DNA of 64,000 bases from an uncultured archaeon (GTDB lineage Archaea > Asgardarchaeota > Thorarchaeia > Thorarchaeales > Thorarchaeaceae), in NCBI GenBank assembly GCA_964458565.1, contig CAYWJO010000015.1, positions 1 through 64,000 on the forward strand, given 5' to 3'. The position numbers and the translations under genes are program-made. Below are positions 26,532 through 37,018 of this stretch, one piece after another (position 1 is the first letter of the stretch; each line of letters starts with the position of its first letter). Below the pieces are notes generated by a model. It was not told where the DNA came from. It searched no databases and saw only the letters and a program-made list of their open reading frames with translations.

Positions 26532-26981
26532 ATGAGTGATAGAAGGTATCCAAAATTTCCAATACCTGGTGTTGGTGCAATAGTTGTCAGCCATAAAGGA
26601 ATTCTTCTAGTTAGACGGAATAAGGAACCAGGCAAAGGAATGTGGAGTATTCCGGGTGGAGGAGTGGAGATTGGGGAAACACTCAAAGAAGCAATCATTC
26701 GTGAGGTTTTGGAGGAAACAGGAGTAGATATTGAACCACTTTATGAGATTGGTTATGTTGACCTAATAACAAAAGATAATCAAGGTTCAATAGAATTCCA
26801 TTATCTTATTCTTCATTTTCTTGCTAAAGCATCAAGTATTAAATTAAAACCGGAATCACCAAATGCCGATGTAAATTGGTTTGCGATGAGAGACATACCT
26901 CTTACTGAAACACTACCCCAGATTATTGAACTTCTCGTAAAGCACGAAGACCAAATTCTTGCGATTCAGGAAGAACTTTAA
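26532..26981 (+). CDS. Nudix hydrolase (ADP-ribose pyrophosphatase-like)
   Basis: Nudix box PGGGVEIGETLKEAIIREVLEETG; N-terminal RRYP..P..GVGA. Confidence 0.93.
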   Translation: MSDRRYPKFPIPGVGAIVVSHKGILLVRRNKEPGKGMWSIPGGGVEIGETLKEAIIREVLEETGVDIEPLYEIGYVDLITKDNQGSIEFHYLILHFLAKASSIKLKPESPNADVNWFAMRDIPLTETLPQIIELLVKHEDQILAIQEEL

Positions 26982-27062
26982 AAACCCAAGAAATTAATAA
27001 GCTGTAGTGAATGACATTTTGATGGAGATTACATCACACTTTCGAACGGATGTGTATAAACA

Positions 27063-27521
27063 ATGTTCAGAACAATCATGGCATTACTTGTAGCTCTTCT
27101 GGCCTCGGTTCTTATCGGTGCGTTTCAAATTGTAGGCGTCACTACTGATATGATACTTGCCTTGCCAGAAGGTGATATCCTCGCTCAGTTGCAACTCTGG
27201 GGACAGGTTCTATTCCTTGACCTAGCGAGACCTTATACAGCACTAACAGCACATAGCGCATTTGCACCATTAGTAGCATTAGGCGTCGCAGGTTTCATTG
27301 CAGGACTTATCTCAAAGAGTGGTATCAGGATGCTCTTTGTTTCAATTATTACCTTGGCGCTTTTCTTTGTGGGATACATTGTGCTCTCACTTGGAATGCC
27401 ACTCTCTATTGCATCCTTCACCGGAGAGATTGCCGCAATGGCTCTTGATCTCGGTGCAGCATTTGCCCTGCTGTTTATCCCTGGTATAATTGGAGCATCT
27501 TTGACTGCTGAGGAATACTAG
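27063..27521 (+). CDS. 4-TM hypothetical membrane protein
   Basis: Hydrophobic helices with small-residue motifs; followed by a terminator. Confidence 0.8.
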   Translation: MFRTIMALLVALLASVLIGAFQIVGVTTDMILALPEGDILAQLQLWGQVLFLDLARPYTALTAHSAFAPLVALGVAGFIAGLISKSGIRMLFVSIITLALFFVGYIVLSLGMPLSIASFTGEIAAMALDLGAAFALLFIPGIIGASLTAEEY

Positions 27522-27529
27522 AAAATCTT

Positions 27530-27566
27530 GAAGAGAGCCTTGTACTCTCTTCCTTCACTCTTTTTT
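27530..27566 (+). terminator. Hairpin plus pyrimidine tract terminator
   Basis: GAAGAGAG-CCTTGTA-CTCTCTTC followed by CTTCACTCTTTTTTC. Confidence 0.6.
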
Positions 27567-29054
27567 CTAATGAATTTGTCTTTCAATGGTAGATGAAACG
27601 AGCGTTAGAAAGCGATCCAAAAAATCGCGGTGGACAAACGCACCTGCAGCCATTGGATGACCACCTGCTTCAACTATCAGCTCATCATTTTCTTCATTAA
27701 GCTGGTCTCCAGCAGAAGAAAATGCTTCTTTTAAGTTAAGACCCCGATTTACTAATGCTTTTCTAGCACGACCTGAAATTTTCACCATAGGTCCATCATC
27801 AGACACATTCGTGCTGACCCCAATTACAGGTTTATCAATTGGAATGATACGTGCACCTTGTGCCATCCCAATAACAATTCCAACAATTGTATCTGGAGTC
27901 TGAGGATCATTCACGATATAAATCCCAGATTGTTCCTGATATCCATCTTGTTCAAGACGACGGAGGGCTGAAGCAAGGTTTGAGCGATGTTGTTGAAGCA
28001 GAGTCATTCCGGTGGATATTGCATTCTTATCTCCGAGGCATACCAAGACACCAATATCGGATCTTCTATTGCGACCACAGGCATTAAGAAGAGTCGAGAA
28101 TTCTTTAGCACTTCGAAGATCTGTACGTGGAGGTCGATGGTTAAGAGTAATAACATCTCCGATTATGCCTTGTGCAATTGATGGATCGTCATAGACATTA
28201 AGAATGTATTGAAAGAGTTTTTGAGTAACTCCTTGCTTTTCCTCTGGTTCCAGGTCAACCCAAGTTCGCCAAGAGTCTTCATCTACTTTTGTTTCAATTT
28301 CCAGTTCATTAAAGAAAAGGAGGCAGGCATCTCTATCACCAGTGAGTCCAGGAATGAATGGATCGGTGGAATATTCTAATAACAAATGTAAAGGCCGAGT
28401 GTTTATTCCAAAAAATGTAAGATCTCTATCAACACTAATGATATTCCCTTCCTCAGCGAGTTGGATTATATGTTGATTCAATCCCACAAAACCTTTACCA
28501 TAATAATGCTGTAAGTCGCCGGTGGCTCCAACAATCGCAAGCTCTGAAAGATCACTGTTTTTTTCGGATAGGGAATATGCGACTAAAAACGCAACACCAG
28601 CACCAGAGATGTCATAACTGCCGCTCAATCCAAAATGCCAAGGATTTATCTCTATGATTTTTGAATTCTCATTTTCAGGTTGTCCTGCATCGGAAGGAAG
28701 ATGATGGTCCAAAATCAAGATGTGCTTAACTTCTCTAATCGGTACGATAAATTGCTCAATCAACTCCCTTTGACCTGATCCAAAATCACTAAAGATTACC
28801 AAATCCGGATTATTCTCTGCTATAAGGTCAATAACAGTGTGAATAGTTTCAGAGTTTAACTGATGCAAATTTTTCCAGACTGGTTTTTTACTTTCCCGTT
28901 CTAACATTTGAATCACAATAGAGAGAGCGGTAATTCCATCAGCATCAATATGAGAGAGTGCTAATGGATTCTTAGAGCTCCGTATTGCGGACATTGCATC
29001 ATTTATAGTAGCCTTCATTTTGGAAGGTATCGAATCGATAAGAGAATCTGTCAT
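27567..29054 (-). CDS. recJ: DHH-family phosphoesterase, archaeal RecJ/GAN-like exonuclease
   Basis: HIDADG, FSDFG, LDHH, INP..FG...SGAG, GATGD and DHHA1 GGHPMAAG. Confidence 0.9.
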   Translation of the reverse strand: MTDSLIDSIPSKMKATINDAMSAIRSSKNPLALSHIDADGITALSIVIQMLERESKKPVWKNLHQLNSETIHTVIDLIAENNPDLVIFSDFGSGQRELIEQFIVPIREVKHILILDHHLPSDAGQPENENSKIIEINPWHFGLSGSYDISGAGVAFLVAYSLSEKNSDLSELAIVGATGDLQHYYGKGFVGLNQHIIQLAEEGNIISVDRDLTFFGINTRPLHLLLEYSTDPFIPGLTGDRDACLLFFNELEIETKVDEDSWRTWVDLEPEEKQGVTQKLFQYILNVYDDPSIAQGIIGDVITLNHRPPRTDLRSAKEFSTLLNACGRNRRSDIGVLVCLGDKNAISTGMTLLQQHRSNLASALRRLEQDGYQEQSGIYIVNDPQTPDTIVGIVIGMAQGARIIPIDKPVIGVSTNVSDDGPMVKISGRARKALVNRGLNLKEAFSSAGDQLNEENDELIVEAGGHPMAAGAFVHRDFLDRFLTLVSSTIERQIH

Positions 29055-29116
29055 CACAATCCAATGAATGATTCCTAGATATAAGTTGAAAGCTCTGATA
29101 AATTGAGTCGAGAGCA

Positions 29117-29467
29117 CTACTCTGATTTACTGAACAACCTAGAAATAGCCATGAAAAATACGACAAATATGCTAGCTACTGCCGCAAGAGCTCTTGCGAA
29201 TCTCTGACGATTTGTTTGCGGAATTTCCATGTCGCGAATCTTATTCCGGATCTTTTTGATATATATTCGAGTTTCACTGTAAAGAGTATTAGGATCATCT
29301 CGTAATGATGCAAATTCTTCCCAGTTCGTATAAAAAGGAGTAGTTGGAGATGTCAAAAGCCAATCATTCCAAATTTCGAGAATTGCATCGCGTTCTTGCA
29401 TCGGAAATCCTTCTATTGAATGTTCAATGATTCGTTCCCAATCTTCATCCATCATATTGAAGCACAT
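29117..29467 (-). CDS. Small hypothetical protein with a single C-terminal TM (tail-anchored)
   Basis: Soluble N-domain then ALAAVASIFVVFFMAISRLF near the C-terminus. Confidence 0.7.
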   Translation of the reverse strand: MCFNMMDEDWERIIEHSIEGFPMQERDAILEIWNDWLLTSPTTPFYTNWEEFASLRDDPNTLYSETRIYIKKIRNKIRDMEIPQTNRQRFARALAAVASIFVVFFMAISRLFSKSE

Positions 29468-29570
29468 CTCCGCTCAAGATATTCTTGAAACTAACGTGAA
29501 GTGTCTCGTAATATTACCTATTAAAACTTCGGACTCTCCAATTTCAATAATTACTGCCGATGATTGTAAA

Positions 29571-30104
29571 TTATCGAAGTTGGACGAGTTCCTTACTCCA
29601 TTCCTTGATATCTTGTCGTAGTTTACCTAAGTCTGCAGGACTAACTGGATCAACTCGACCATAGGTTTTAAGAATTCGAGTCCATCGACGAATCTTGACT
29701 GTGAGTTGGCCACTGCTAATTTTCTGATCTAATGAATCAGCAGCATCGTTGATCTTTACTGCCAAATCACTCGCAATTGCACCTTCTCGTACTTGTGATT
29801 CTAGGGTGTCAAGAACTGCTTGAGATGATGATACAGATCCTCGGTCTGAAGCAGAAGTTTGTGGAGTTCCGCGTGAAGGACCACCTGCGGACATACCCTT
29901 CATAAGTTGCATTAATTCATCTATCTTCTCACTATTTGCGGATACGACCAATGTTAATTCCGTGGTTGCTTCTTGAACATCACTGACCTTTGAGATAACC
30001 TCAATCATTCTGTTTAGCATATCTGTAAGACGCTCAATTGCACCATTAATCTCAGTCAGTTTTGCCCTAATGTATGTTTCATCTTCAGTCAAATAATTCA
30101 CCAC
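29571..30104 (-). CDS. Coiled-coil hypothetical protein
   Basis: About 60 aa of heptad repeats, a G/S/P-rich linker and a helical C-terminal domain. Confidence 0.75.
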   Translation of the reverse strand: MVNYLTEDETYIRAKLTEINGAIERLTDMLNRMIEVISKVSDVQEATTELTLVVSANSEKIDELMQLMKGMSAGGPSRGTPQTSASDRGSVSSSQAVLDTLESQVREGAIASDLAVKINDAADSLDQKISSGQLTVKIRRWTRILKTYGRVDPVSPADLGKLRQDIKEWSKELVQLR

Positions 30105-30269
30105 TTGTCATAGATACAGATAATGTATTTTTACTCTAGATAATTATTTGACAAGATTAAGGTTTCTAGTTCTAGTTAAAACAAATTAAGAGGTCATAAC
30201 CTAAACGTAATATATTCCGATAGCAGAAATTGGAAGTACTAATGTGCCATAAAGGAGCGAAAATCTTCG

Positions 30270-30617
30270 ATGTATGTAATCAATTATGAGGAGCGAGAGG
30301 AAACAGAAGTCGACAAACCAGGGGTGGAAAAGACTACTGTACGTTGGTTGATAGGCAGAAGATCCGGTGCAAAGACATATGCGATGCGTGTTTTTACAAT
30401 GGCGCCAGGTGGGATTATACCTCTACATACACATACCGAAGAACATGAGATCTTCATACTACAGGGACAGGCGAAGCTCTTGAGCGAGGAGGAAGGAAAA
30501 ATAGCGAGGAAAAATGATGTTGTATTTATTCCTCAAGATATGCCTCATGGTTTTGATAATAGAGATTCCAATGAAGAATTCAAATTCATTTGTGTGATTC
30601 CATTACTCGAGAAATAA
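30270..30617 (+). CDS. Cupin domain protein
   Basis: PGG.IPLHTH..EHEIFIL.G, VFIP....HGF.N. Confidence 0.92.
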   Translation: MYVINYEEREETEVDKPGVEKTTVRWLIGRRSGAKTYAMRVFTMAPGGIIPLHTHTEEHEIFILQGQAKLLSEEEGKIARKNDVVFIPQDMPHGFDNRDSNEEFKFICVIPLLEK

Positions 30618-30652
30618 TATGAAATAGTATTGCGTCCCATTCATGGATTCTA

Positions 30653-32590
30653 TTAGAACTCTAGAAATGGTTCACCCAATATGATTCGTTCAAGGAAATT
30701 GTTTCGTGATGCCTTCATCACTAATTCCTCGAATCGTTTCATGAGCCGTTTTTCATCTACATAATCAGGTTCTTTGAGACCCATTGATTGGATGACTTGT
30801 GCGAGCATATATTCAAAATCATATTTGATATAATCGACTTTCTTTATTTTTCCGCGTGATTCAATTTCTTTCTTGTACATCTTTGCTAGACCATACTTCA
30901 AAGCAGCTCGAGTTTCTTTTAGATAGAAAGACATTGCTTTCTCATACATAAGTTCACCACGTTTGACCAGCTCCTTCAAGAATGGAAGTCCGAAGCTTGT
31001 CTTTGCTATTGCTTCAATTCTTGCAATGAAAGCATTTATGAGATCCTCATAGGAAACGCTTCCTCTTGACCCACGGGTTTCAAACACTTTTTCTTCTGGT
31101 TTTACAGTTTCGAATCTCTTTTTCTTCTCTAGTACTTCAGCTTCTTTTTCCTGTGCTTGTTTCAGTTTTTCAGCCTCGAATTTTCGTGCCTCTTCTGCCC
31201 TTTTCTTTTCTTCAAGAGCACGTTCACGAGCCTCAGCCTTCTTCTTCTCCTCAGATAGACGAGCTGTTTCCAAATCTTTGAGAACTTTTTCCTGATCCTT
31301 CACTAACTGGGCCATATGCTTCTGTACATCCCGCTCAGTTAGCGTAATATGCTTTGTAAGTAACCATCGAACACCAATTCTATTTACCTTTGGTTTCATA
31401 TCAGCTGAGGAAAATATGAAGCACGCAGTTTGCTGTCCAGGCAAAGCATTGATGATATCTTCGGATTCTTTTTCTCCAGCTATGGGTTCAAGTATCCGCT
31501 CAAGAACTTTCAATGATTGCTCACTACTGATTCGTCCTGAAACAATAGTATTGAACTGCTCAAAAGCTTTGTAATCAATATCCTTAGGACTCTGTGTAGC
31601 AATCAAGCATTCAACACCATATTTTCTTGCCTGACGGAAAAGAAGAAGAAATGTTTCTTTAGGACCGGGTGCTTTCATCCCTGCAGGAATGAAAGGTGCT
31701 GCTTCGTCCTGGAATAATATCATTCTAGGAGATTCTGTGTAACCTTGTCGAAGCATCCAAGAATATAACTGATTGAGTACAATGGCAATGAAAAAGTGTT
31801 TCTCTTCTTCGCTTCTAAGAGTCTTTAGAAAGATGACATTGATAGGAGTTTTTCCGTTCACTGGTTTTATTAGATAATCAAAATCAATCTGACCTTCTTC
31901 TCGGAATAGTAACTCAGATGAACCAACAGTTAAGCTTCGAATCGCTGTAGCTAATTTCTGTCTCTCAGAATATCTCATAAAAGGTTCCAAATCAACACCT
32001 GCAGTTTCAACATCTGATTCAAGTAATCTAGCTAGATCAGCAAGATCTTTTATCTCTCGAGATTTATCTTCCCATACTGTTCGAAGGAGTTCATACAGTG
32101 CAGCAAAGGATTTTGCCTCCCAAGAACGGGATAGTCCTGCAACCTTGGCTAACACCTTCACTAGTGTACGAGCTGAATTATCTAGTAAGCGGATTACATC
32201 GTCTTGATCAGCTGATGAATCAGGTAGTTTGAGGGGATTGATAGAAACGGCAAGACCTTTACTACTGGCTGGAGTATAGACACGAACTAAGACCTTGTCC
32301 ATATATTCCTTCAAACGGGAAGGATCAACACCTTTAGATTGGAGCTCTTTTGGATCGCCAGGGAGCATTAATGAAGCGATATCACCTTGGGGATCAAATG
32401 CAAGTATCGGAATTCCTTGCATTGCTGCTTCTTCAAGTACAGCTTTACTCAAAACAGTCTTGCCCGATCCAGTCGATCCAAACACACCTCCATGTCGCCT
32501 TAGAAGATCAACGCTGATCTCAAAGGGTTTGTCAGTACGTTTACCATCCTCATCAAGATAATTACCTAACCATAACTTACCAGATGTCAT
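30653..32590 (-). CDS. HerA/FtsK-superfamily ATPase (DUF87-type) with charged coiled coil and C-terminal domain
   Basis: RHGGVFGSTGSGKT, FDPQGD, FQDEA, RQARKYGV and ATQSPKDIDYK. Confidence 0.9.
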   Translation of the reverse strand: MTSGKLWLGNYLDEDGKRTDKPFEISVDLLRRHGGVFGSTGSGKTVLSKAVLEEAAMQGIPILAFDPQGDIASLMLPGDPKELQSKGVDPSRLKEYMDKVLVRVYTPASSKGLAVSINPLKLPDSSADQDDVIRLLDNSARTLVKVLAKVAGLSRSWEAKSFAALYELLRTVWEDKSREIKDLADLARLLESDVETAGVDLEPFMRYSERQKLATAIRSLTVGSSELLFREEGQIDFDYLIKPVNGKTPINVIFLKTLRSEEEKHFFIAIVLNQLYSWMLRQGYTESPRMILFQDEAAPFIPAGMKAPGPKETFLLLFRQARKYGVECLIATQSPKDIDYKAFEQFNTIVSGRISSEQSLKVLERILEPIAGEKESEDIINALPGQQTACFIFSSADMKPKVNRIGVRWLLTKHITLTERDVQKHMAQLVKDQEKVLKDLETARLSEEKKKAEARERALEEKKRAEEARKFEAEKLKQAQEKEAEVLEKKKRFETVKPEEKVFETRGSRGSVSYEDLINAFIARIEAIAKTSFGLPFLKELVKRGELMYEKAMSFYLKETRAALKYGLAKMYKKEIESRGKIKKVDYIKYDFEYMLAQVIQSMGLKEPDYVDEKRLMKRFEELVMKASRNNFLERIILGEPFLEF

Positions 32591-32692
32591 AATACCACCA
32601 AGGATTATCTAGCAATTGTCACATAGACTATATGATGCATTCTATTCGAAGATGTACACTTTCCTTATTTCATTTGCTCATTTGGATTCGAG

Positions 32693-32730
32693 AAAAAGTA
32701 AGTGGTAAGTGGAAGATATCTTCCACCACC
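32693..32730 (-). terminator. Hairpin plus T-tract terminator
   Basis: GTGGAAGA-TA-TCTTCCAC inverted repeat followed on the minus strand by ACTTTTTC. Confidence 0.5.
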
Positions 32731-32740
32731 AAATTACGTA

Positions 32741-33352
32741 TTATTCTCCTACTGGTTCGTATTGATGGATAAGAAAGAACGCTATTGACACTACCAATAT
32801 AATAGCAATAATTCCAAGTACAATTGACCCGCCGGTATAGAGCAAAGCACCATAGATTACACCAAGGGCATATTGTAACCCAGCCATGATAGCACCTAAT
32901 ACAAGTGACACCATCATGAATCGGGCAGTCATCTCTTTCAACTTACCAGATTCACCACCTTCTAATATGGTCTTGCTGAAATATACGAAGATGAATAAGA
33001 AGACAAAAGCAACGACAATCATTGTACTCATATTGAAAAGTTGCTCTTGAAGGGGTTCACCTTCATCAAGATATCCAAATACCAGAATAGCTGCGATTGT
33101 CATCAAGAAGACGAACATATTGCTAACAAGCTTATCCTCTGGATGGACAAAACCTGTCATCTCTGTAAAGGTGTTAATTACCGTAGAGATGATAACCACT
33201 CCAAGTAAGAGTACTCCAATCAACCAAGAATAGAAGGGGATTGACGAGGTCGTTGAAATACTTTGATAGATGTATTTCAATACGATTGAAAACCCAAGTA
33301 TCGCAATACCGATTCCTGCTAAGATATTACTAATGGTCGTTAACCTAACCAT
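32741..33352 (-). CDS. 6-TM hypothetical membrane protein
   Basis: Six hydrophobic helices; GGAGAGG SD. Confidence 0.8.
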   Translation of the reverse strand: MVRLTTISNILAGIGIAILGFSIVLKYIYQSISTTSSIPFYSWLIGVLLLGVVIISTVINTFTEMTGFVHPEDKLVSNMFVFLMTIAAILVFGYLDEGEPLQEQLFNMSTMIVVAFVFLFIFVYFSKTILEGGESGKLKEMTARFMMVSLVLGAIMAGLQYALGVIYGALLYTGGSIVLGIIAIILVVSIAFFLIHQYEPVGE

Positions 33353-33411
33353 ATTTTACCTCTCCAATTATGGAACTATGTTGTCAATGGCTTGCTGTCT
33401 ATTAACTCTTT

Positions 33412-34638
33412 TTAGAGATTGCTCAAATTAGATTCTTTTGAGATAGGTCCATATTTTTCCTCAAGGAAATATGCCCCGATACAAGCTATCAGTATCAAAA
33501 CACCGACTAGGACACCCAGACCCAAAAAGAGCCCAAAAGAACTATACATGAATTCTCCTGCGATTGGACCAATAATCATACCAGACCCAAAGAAGATGCT
33601 GTACACCCCCATTGTACTACCTCTTGCTTCCTCAGTTGAAACATCAGTTAAATACGCCATCGCAGAAGGGGGGAATGCACCAGCAATAAATCCAAGTATA
33701 GGTAGAACAGGCCATATTGCCCATAGCTGTTCAAACGATTCTACATTTGCTACTAGCAAGAAGGCAAGAAAACCAAAGCCAATGAGTCCAATCACAATGA
33801 ATGGTCTTCGCTTCATTAAGTGATCTGATAAGTGGCCCATTATTATAATTCCCATTACAAGAGATACACCCAACATACCGAATAGAACCAGGAAATCCAT
33901 AGCTTCGAGACTGAAGTGCTCTTCAATGATTATTTCAGCTTTTGAGATAAATAATCCATAGAGTGAAATGATTGGGACATATACTGGAACCATTTTCTGG
34001 ATATTCTTATCCCTAGCAACCTGACTTAGGAGTTCTTTGATACTTACTTTTTCTGAAACATGTTTTCGTGTTTCCTGAATTCCAAGGACTGCTAAAAGGC
34101 CACTAATTAAACAAGCATAAGCAGCAGCAAGAAGAATCAGGATTGTATTGAACCCAAATTGAATTAGAATTATTCCAAGACCATAACCACCAGCGAGACC
34201 CATAAGAGTAGAAAGATCATAGTAGCCCATTAAACGGGCACGATTGCCTTCTCCTGAACAATCAGCAATCATAGATAGAGTAGTTGTGACCTTGGAAGCG
34301 GCGCCAATTCCGAATAGAGCAGCAAGGACAAGAGCGAGAGCTGCAAATGGAGCTGCTGCAAATAGATATGCGGCAGTTCCTGTAATCAAGAGACTTGCCA
34401 CAAAGATAGGTTTCCTACCGATTTTATCGCTATAAGAACCAAAGAAGGAAACTGTAGTTAACTCAGCAAGTGGGTAAATCGCAAGCACAAGAGTTACGCC
34501 CCATCCGACTAAGTCTCCATTCAGATAGAACGAACTGGATATAACTGCAATTGTCACATAGAAGGAAGCACGCATGATTAATGTTACTAAGTAAAGTGCA
34601 ATGAGTGTCCATTTGTGTTCAGATGCTCTAAGTCCCAA
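33412..34638 (-). CDS. MFS transporter
   Basis: Motif A GSYSDKIGRKP, GHLSDHLMKRRP, RGSTMGVY; 12 TM. Confidence 0.92.
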   Translation of the reverse strand: MGLRASEHKWTLIALYLVTLIMRASFYVTIAVISSSFYLNGDLVGWGVTLVLAIYPLAELTTVSFFGSYSDKIGRKPIFVASLLITGTAAYLFAAAPFAALALVLAALFGIGAASKVTTTLSMIADCSGEGNRARLMGYYDLSTLMGLAGGYGLGIILIQFGFNTILILLAAAYACLISGLLAVLGIQETRKHVSEKVSIKELLSQVARDKNIQKMVPVYVPIISLYGLFISKAEIIIEEHFSLEAMDFLVLFGMLGVSLVMGIIIMGHLSDHLMKRRPFIVIGLIGFGFLAFLLVANVESFEQLWAIWPVLPILGFIAGAFPPSAMAYLTDVSTEEARGSTMGVYSIFFGSGMIIGPIAGEFMYSSFGLFLGLGVLVGVLILIACIGAYFLEEKYGPISKESNLSNL

Positions 34639-34753
34639 GTTAAGACGCTCCGATAATTCCTGCTGGAGGATATTTCATCCTTTTATAAGCTCTACCTGTC
34701 TGACAATGAAGAAGAACAAAAATAAGATAAGTTTGTGAGCAAGTGTTGGAATT

Positions 34754-35116
34754 ATGCCTCCTAGTAGACTTACATCTGAACCAGGTAAAACCGAGTTCGT
34801 CTACATTATTCTCTATAGATTGAGAACGATGTCGGATCAAGAGAAGAGAGATTGGTTCAAAAAATGGGCAGAAATCAGAAAATTGATACCAAAAGAAATT
34901 AGGGTCGTAACCGAAGCTGGCAACGCATTTGGTACTGAATTTACGGGATTCTCAGTCTTTGAAGGACCTCTTGATAAATTTGAAATTCTCTATGATATTC
35001 TTGATCGTGAAACGGGACCACTTGTAGAAAAAACGAGAACGATAATAGGCACAAAAGGCAGTATAACTCCAACCAGTGATTTTGAGAGAATACTCCAAAG
35101 TCGTCCAATTGACTAG
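34754..35116 (+). CDS. Hypothetical protein, possibly ferredoxin-like (dimeric alpha+beta barrel) fold
   Basis: Alternating beta/alpha pattern; no catalytic motif recognised. Confidence 0.6.
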   Translation: MPPSRLTSEPGKTEFVYIILYRLRTMSDQEKRDWFKKWAEIRKLIPKEIRVVTEAGNAFGTEFTGFSVFEGPLDKFEILYDILDRETGPLVEKTRTIIGTKGSITPTSDFERILQSRPID

Positions 35117-35190
35117 AATATAACTTGCCATTGCCACGTAATTTTTAATATACATGAATGGGCTAACGTCATCAATGTGGAGTTGTTTAA

Positions 35191-36954
35191 GTGACGAGTA
35201 CGGTTTCAAGAAAATCTGTTCTCTTCATTCTAATCTCAATAATTGTAGGAGTATCCTTATTCACTCTCGCTCCACCAGATTTAGAACCAGGCGAATACAC
35301 AGTTTCCATTCTCGTTGAAACACCAAACTCCAGATTACGCCACGAGTTCAATATCACCTTTGTTGAATCAGGAGATACAGAGGAATACGAAACGAAGATT
35401 GTCACACCATCCCTGAATATGAGCATAGTGGCAACGAAAGTTCTTGCTATAGCTCCTGGTACGCAGGTATCCTTTACTCTTGAGTGTGAGGGAGAAATTG
35501 TAAAAGCTGAGTATTTGCAATTGAGTATCTGGAATCAAAAGGGATTCAATATAACAACAAACCCGACCAAGCAGTCTGGGCAGGTATTTGTCATGGAATA
35601 CCAACCACTTGTACGATCAAAATCAGCATTACTAATACTAGGAGTAGTGGCAGTCCTCTGGTTTTCAGAGGGAATCAGTTTAGTTGCAACATCCATCTTG
35701 ATACCGATATTGATTGTCCTCTCAGATATAAGCACTCCAAGAGATGCGTTACTTCCCTTCTTCGATCCAGCAGTTGCGTTGATACTTGGAGGATTCATGA
35801 TAGGAAGAGCGCTTAGCAAATATGAGCTCGATAAACGACTCGCCCTTATGATCCTATCAAGAAGCTCAGGATCTGGTTCTGGATTGTTAATCACAATTAT
35901 GGGAATAACCTCCTTTCTCTCTATGTGGATCAGTAACACAGCATCTGCAGCAATAATGATACCAATTGCGCTTGCAGTTATCTCACGAATTAGGAACGAG
36001 GAAATTAGAGGAAAATACGGAAAAGTATTGGTATTGGGCGTGGCTTATGCCGCAACCTTGGGGGGTGTAGCTAGTCTTGTTGGTTCCCCCCCAAATCCTC
36101 TTGCTGCAACGTACATCAATTCGTTCCTGGGTATTGAATTCTCATTCATGAGTTGGCTCCCGTTTGGTCTGCCTGTAGTCTTAATCATGCTTCCAATAGT
36201 ATGGCAATGGCTCATGATACGATTCAAGCTACCAAAGTCGATTGACGAAATGAAAGATTTGAAAGAAATCTCTGAGAAAGAGTATCTAAAACTTGGTCCA
36301 ATGCCGATGCAACAAAAAATGGTTGTAGTGGTCTTTGTCAGTGTCGTTATACTCTGGTTTACAGAAAAATTACCAGATTTCATCAGTAATGCAATAGGTT
36401 GGACGGGACATGGAATATCAAGCTCGATTGTAGCATTAATGGGAGGTCTTGCGTTGATGATTATGGGACTCCTTGATGAAACGGATGTATCCAATCATAT
36501 TAGCTGGTCATCTCTACTTATATTGGGTAGTGGTATCGCCTTAGGAGGAGCTATGATTAACACAGGCGTTTCCAACTTCCTTGCCCAGCAAATGATTATC
36601 CTAAGCGTCCTTCCACCAGTACTAATTGTTGTTATTGTTGGAACATTAGCAGTGATGATAACAATGGTCGCTTCAAACACTGGAGCAGCGGTTATTTTAA
36701 TTCCAATTGCAATACCGCTGGCAATTGCATTGAGAATGGATCCTCTTTTACTAACCATGGTTATCGCGATAACAGTATCTATGGACTTTGCATTGCCTAC
36801 AGGCACACCACCATCCACAATCGCATATAGTACAGGACAAGTGGAGATTGATGAGATGATATCAACAGGACTGGTCGTAGACCTCATCGCGATTCTGATA
36901 ATCACTCTTGGGATAGTATGGTTGTGGTCACTGTTCGGGTTAGTGACTATATAA
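35191..36954 (+). CDS. SLC13/DASS family anion symporter with an extracellular N-terminal insert
   Basis: LSMWISNTA, AATLGG...VGSPPN, SNTGAA, FALPTGTPP. Confidence 0.93.
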   Translation: MTSTVSRKSVLFILISIIVGVSLFTLAPPDLEPGEYTVSILVETPNSRLRHEFNITFVESGDTEEYETKIVTPSLNMSIVATKVLAIAPGTQVSFTLECEGEIVKAEYLQLSIWNQKGFNITTNPTKQSGQVFVMEYQPLVRSKSALLILGVVAVLWFSEGISLVATSILIPILIVLSDISTPRDALLPFFDPAVALILGGFMIGRALSKYELDKRLALMILSRSSGSGSGLLITIMGITSFLSMWISNTASAAIMIPIALAVISRIRNEEIRGKYGKVLVLGVAYAATLGGVASLVGSPPNPLAATYINSFLGIEFSFMSWLPFGLPVVLIMLPIVWQWLMIRFKLPKSIDEMKDLKEISEKEYLKLGPMPMQQKMVVVVFVSVVILWFTEKLPDFISNAIGWTGHGISSSIVALMGGLALMIMGLLDETDVSNHISWSSLLILGSGIALGGAMINTGVSNFLAQQMIILSVLPPVLIVVIVGTLAVMITMVASNTGAAVILIPIAIPLAIALRMDPLLLTMVIAITVSMDFALPTGTPPSTIAYSTGQVEIDEMISTGLVVDLIAILIITLGIVWLWSLFGLVTI

Positions 36955-37018
36955 TGAGTTGTGGTCCTGCCTGGCACAACAGGTTTAAATCGAACATAAG
37001 TAGGGTTTTTCTAAGAGT

